From: Octopus bimaculoides
Lineage: Eukaryota
NCBI RefSeq assembly: GCF_001194135.2
Contig: NC_069001.1
Span: forward strand, 1,012,500 to 1,067,295
Reading direction: 5' to 3'
Length of the DNA: 54,796 nt
Every line of letters starts with the position of its first letter. The stretch's first letter is position 1. This document shows positions 49,664 through 54,796 of this stretch, in pieces. The position numbers were made by a program, and so were the translations under genes. The notes under the pieces are model-generated. The model made no database searches. It saw nothing but the letters and a program-made list of their open reading frames with translations, and was not told where the DNA came from.

Positions 49664-51979
49664 CTCAGCCTGGAATTGAAATAACATGTTTTTTACACTT
49701 TAAGTGCAACTTACTACATGAATTTCTAACTAATTACAATCCAGAGTAATTAAAAAGTCACTAGAACACAAACAAGCACCCTACACTGACCACTGGAAAC
49801 GTTAGCTGCAGCAGCTGGGCCGCATAATGTAATTTAGTGTTGTCACACAACAGAAGCTCATTATTGCCAGATGTCACTAGAAACCCGTATAAGCCGTGGC
49901 TAAAATCAAAGTCAGAGAATGTACAGACGTAACTGTGTGAAAATTAATATGATTTAAACTCATTTGTCTCATTTAAATAATCAAACAAGCAAAATATATA
50001 GTGTTTTCTAAAAAATCCATAATAATGTTTCCAGTACTCTGTGTGTGTGTGTGTGTGTGTGGATATATATATAGTTATTTTGTTAAACTGTCGCATGTCC
50101 AAATTTGGCCAAATGCATTTTTTTCAATATTTATTTTTGCTTGCAATAGCCGGTTCTTTTGGTCAAACTATCGTATCTCCAGCTGCTTCAGATACCAAGA
50201 TAACAGAAATTGTCAAAGGTGTAGAACAACGGTTTTGCTATGGAATGGTGAAACTATTTTTTCATTTTCTGAAAAAGCAACATTTTGGACTTATGACACT
50301 TTTNNNNNNNNNNNNNNNNNNNNNNNNNNNNNNNNNNNNNNNNNNNNNNNNNNNNNNNNNNNNNNNNNNNNNNNNNNNNNNNNNNNNNNNNNNNNNNNNN
50401 NNNNNNNNNNNNNNNNNNNNNNNNNNNNNNNNNNNNNNNNNNNNNNNNNNNNNNNNNNNNNNNNNNNNNNNNNNNNNNNNNNNNNNNNNNNNNNNNNNNN
50501 NNNNNNNNNNNNNNNNNNNNNNNNNNNNNNNNNNNNNNNNNNNNNNNNNNNNNNNNNNNNNNNNNNNNNNNNNNNNNNNNNNNNNNNNNNNNNNNNNNNN
50601 NNNNNNNNNNNNNNNNNNNNNNNNNNNNNNNNNNNNNNNNNNNNNNNNNNNNNNNNNNNNNNNNNNNNNNNNNNNNNNNNNNNNNNNNNNNNNNNNNNNN
50701 NNNNNNNNNNNNNNNNNNNNNNNNNNNNNNNNNNNNNNNNNNNNNNNNNNNNNNNNNNNNNNNNNNNNNNNNNNNNNNNNNNNNNNNNNNNNNNNNNNNN
50801 NNNNNNNNNNNNNNNNNNNNNNNNNNNNNNNNNNNNNNNNNNNNNNNNNNNNNNNNNNNNNNNNNNNNNNNNNNNNNNNNNNNNNNNNNNNNNNNNNNNN
50901 NNNNNNNNNNNNNNNNNNNNNNNNNNNNNNNNNNNNNNNNNNNNNNNNNNNNNNNNNNNNNNNNNNNNNNNNNNNNNNNNNNNNNNNNNNNNNNNNNNNN
51001 NNNNNNNNNNNNNNNNNNNNNNNNNNNNNNNNNNNNNNNNNNNNNNNNNNNNNNNNNNNNNNNNNNNNNNNNNNNNNNNNNNNNNNNNNNNNNNNNNNNN
51101 NNNNNNNNNNNNNNNNNNNNNNNNNNNNNNNNNNNNNNNNNNNNNNNNNNNNNNNNNNNNNNNNNNNNNNNNNNNNNNNNNNNNNNNNNNNNNNNNNNNN
51201 NNNNNNNNNNNNNNNNATATATATATATATATATATATATAAAAACACATACATACATGCTGGGTTTTTCCCAGTTTCTGTCTACTAGATCCACTCACGA
51301 GGTTTTGGTTGGTCCAAGGCTATAGTAGAAGACACTTGCTTGAGGTGCCATGCTGTGGGACTGAACCCCAAACCATGTGCTTGGGAAGCAAGCTTCTTCC
51401 CACACAGCCATGCCTGCACCTATACATATACGTATACACACACACATCCATTAACTGTATGTTTCATTCTCTTTAACAGTCTCAAGTGGTTTCCAATCCA
51501 GTCAGCAGATCTTTGCATCATACATCCTGCTGTTCTGCCAGATTAGTGAGGAGAATGGAGCCAGGGATGGCACCACTTGTCCCAAGCACACTTCAGAAAT
51601 GAAGTGACATTCTATTGTCTGGATGGTTGAGTCAGAAGAACAATCCAAACGGACTACCATTCACTGTTTGTTTATGTTTTTATTTTGTTTGTTTGTTTGT
51701 TTCCCACCTCCTAATTTCATTACTGATAACATGTGACCAGGCAACAACACTGATAATCATCATCATCATCATTATTGTTATAAATTTTCACTTTCCCATG
51801 CTTACATGGGAGACAAAAATTTGTTGAGGCAGATGCCTTCCCAGTCACCAACCCTCACCCGTTTCTAAACAAAGCAATACTTCTCCAGGACCAGACATGG
51901 TTGTGTGGAAGATTGGAAATGGCAGACACGACTTTCGTTATGGAGACAATAACTCTCTCTCTCACACACACACACACAT

Positions 51980-52400
51980 TCTTTTATTCTTTTACTGGTT
52001 TCAGTCATTTTGACTGTGGCCATGCTGGAGTACTGCCTTTAGTTGGGCAAACTGACCTCAGGTCTTATTCTTTGTAAGCCTAGTACTTATTCTATAGGTT
52101 TCTTTTGCCAAACTGCTAAGTTACGAGGACATAAACATACCAACATCAGTGTGAAGCAATGGTGGGGGGGGGGAGACAAACAGACACAGAAAAACACATA
52201 CATACATATATGTGTGTGTTTGTGTGTATATATATATACACCCACACATGATGGGCTTCTTTCAGTTTCTGTCTACCAAATCCACAAGACTTTGGTCAGC
52301 CTGAGACAATAGTAGAAGACACTTGCCCAAGGTGCCACACAGTGGGACTGAACCCAGAACCATGTAGTTGGGAACCAAGCTTTTTACCACACAGCCATTC
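51980..52400 (-). mobile_element. SINE family A, near full length
   Basis: Reverse complement of the same head, CORE-like box (AAGACACTTGCCCAAGGTGCC) and tail (TTTCAGTCATTTTGACTGTGGCCATG). Confidence 0.85.
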
Positions 52401-53136
52401 CCAATAATATCTGATCCAAAAAAAGAAAAAAAAACATTAACCATTTTGAACATACACCTTCACAGGTATACAGTGATCTTTGGAATTGTGGACAATTCCA
52501 GGAATATGAGTAAACAGACAGTCTTCCTGTTGAGTTTTGTCTTAAAGTTGGTCAATTTGCAGACAGAGTGTTAAATCAGCCTTCTTCTTTGATCATTATT
52601 TTCGTTTATGTGGATTGTTAAAGATTAAACATACTCCGCTTTAGAAATGTATTAATTTGTGCCTGTATCTATTCGATAAAACCATGTTCTTTATTTTGTT
52701 TTTTTCTTTAATTTTCATTCCATAAACATTATCTTTAAACATGGTACAACATGATATTTTAAGGCTTTTAAATATCAACCACCCTACTTTAGGGCTGCAT
52801 TAATCTGTACAGGTATCAAATGAAATCATGTTCTTTACTTGTCATTATTCAATTTTCATCCTATAAACGTCACACGATATACATGGTACAGTGTGACACA
52901 TTTTCGAAAATTTAAAGTGGTTTAATATTCAGCAGATCCTGCTTTAGAAGTGTATCAATTCGAATCTGTTGAGTACAATTTAGTTCTTCACTTTCCATAG
53001 TTTATTTTATATTTTAAGAAATATATTCAAAGTGTCACCAGAAAACCAGAAAATCCAAAATCCAGGACAGTTCCAGTCCCAAGCTTGTCTGCTGATAATT
53101 GGTTTGGTACTGTATAAGAGAATACAACTATTAACG

Positions 53137-53174
<38 letters not shown>

Positions 53175-54796
53175 TTCACACACACACACACACATAAAGG
53201 GAGAGTCTCAAAGTGCAGAATTGCAAACATTTACCCACCTACTCTGATTTAAGGGGTCAGGTCGGTATAACAGAAAGATAAACACATCTGTCACCAAAAC
53301 ACACAAATCAACGTGGGTTTGAGTTTACAATGGCGTCTGACCCTGACCTGCTAGAAATAGCAGCCAAATCACATCCTCACTGTCCTTGGAAGCGTAGTGG
53401 ATGATATAGACCTACACAGCTCTAAAAAGACAGGATGGTCATATCTGGGGTGAATTTTTATCATAGATATGTTTGATTAAGGTTAAATTGAATTTAAGCA
53501 ATACAAGGAAGTGAACGTAGCAAAAAAATTCGTACCCTGTCTATCGATCTAATGGAGTTCTTTATTCAACTCACCCCGTTTACTAACACAAACAAACACT
53601 GCAATATAAATATATAATAACTGGCAGGCAGTAATTAAACAAAAAATAAAAATTAACAGTTTAGTTACAATGGAGAAACAGGTTTCGACACACACGCACA
53701 CAAGTGCAGTTGCTGTGTGTATGTATGCGCACCTGTATCCAGAGTGTATGTTAAGTGTGTGTGTGTGTATGTGTGTGCGCATGCTGTGTAATCGGAATCT
53801 AACAGAAACGAGTGATCAGCAAATATGCTTATAATACATGCATATTTATAGACAGTATGTGTGTGTGTGTATATGGGTCAGTAGTTCATATATCCGAAGA
53901 GAAGCACACTAAAACATCAGAGCAGTAACATTTAGGCTGTTTGAGTATAACGAGTAGCCTATAACAGCTAAAGCGATTTATAAGTGCAAAACCATTGGTC
54001 AATCTCGGACTTTCCATAACAAACACAACCCCCTAAATGTGTGTGCGTGCGCGCGACGAGAGCCTTTGCAAGAGAAAGGTGACAGCGGTCGGCTAGCCGT
54101 CGCCGGACTGTCTGGCGAGCTTCTTTCAGTTCCTGTCCATCCAAATCCACTCAGAAGTCTTTGCTTCGCTCGGGGTTATAGAAGAAGATACTCGAAGTGC
54201 GAGGCAGTGGGACTGAACCCCGAAACCATGTGGTTGGGAAGCAAACTTCTTACCACACACCCATATACAAGACACACACACATATATACATACGATGAGT
54301 TTCAAACGTGATGATCATGATTTGATTGTCTCTGATCATGGCGTGAGCTGGGGGAAGAGAAAAGGTTGGTTGATTCCAAACCAACATCATCATCATTACT
54401 ATTAAAAAACAGTATTTATTAGCATTATCAAACATCTTTAATTCATCAACATTTCGTTATATCATCCGCCTTTATCAACACCATCACATCAACCGTTAGT
54501 GATAAATATCGTTAACGTCAAGCTTGCCTGTCACTAATTGCCACCGGCACCGTTAATTAATAATCAATGAACAGGATTACTTTGAAGAATGGGCCAGGAA
54601 TGGTTTAGCGAAGTCTCCAAGAGCAGCTCTAGGAAGATTCCCCGTTTGGGGGCAGTGGGGCGGGGTAATCATTGCTGATATTTATATCTGCTACCGCTGG
54701 TCTTTTTATAAGTGCCTTATGTAACCCCCCACATGGCATCGTCTTGTACTGGCCCCAATGTTATAGGGGGTAATTAATATATATATATATATATAT

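Noticed and set aside
721-51298. Long ORFs containing X runs, and VCVC/THTH/YIYI/ERER/SLSL/poly-T/poly-D ORFs
   Set aside because: They arise from N-gaps (no stops called) and from di- or trinucleotide microsatellites; no domain-like sequence.
52481-52500. 20-bp palindrome TGGAATTGT-GG-ACAATTCCA (similar 8-bp stem at 2243-2263)
   Set aside because: Isolated short hairpins are expected occasionally in 55 kb; there is no supporting context.

Overview
Eukaryotic, repeat-saturated draft-assembly scaffold (12 N-gaps, very dense CA/TA/GA/AAT/CAT microsatellites, several tRNA-derived SINE families). The repeat landscape resembles octopus (coleoid cephalopod); this is an inference. The only well-supported gene is a minus-strand CNK-family scaffold (connector enhancer of KSR; cnk/CNKSR). 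Eight GT-AG exons at 39780-18799 join with matching phases (1-0-2-0-0-0-0-2-1) into 1302 nt of stop-free reading frame: SAM, CRIC, PDZ and a Ser/Pro/acidic linker. The first coding exon and the PH-domain exons were not found; they may lie in gaps or outside the window. The introns hold a 5'-truncated R4/Dong-like RLE retrotransposon end, an RTE LINE end, a Penelope-like fragment with a minimal hammerhead-ribozyme motif, an internally deleted Tc1 transposase, a hAT-like terminus, many SINEs (some as inverted pairs next to exons), a 14 x 30-bp minisatellite and a degenerate ~70-bp array. Nearly all ORFs in the supplied track are microsatellite or N-gap artefacts. I see no strong evidence for a wholly new system. 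The best leads are the hammerhead motif, a possible PH-less short CNK isoform, the intronic inverted-SINE hairpins, and a splice-site-bounded, frame-open minisatellite on the antisense strand.
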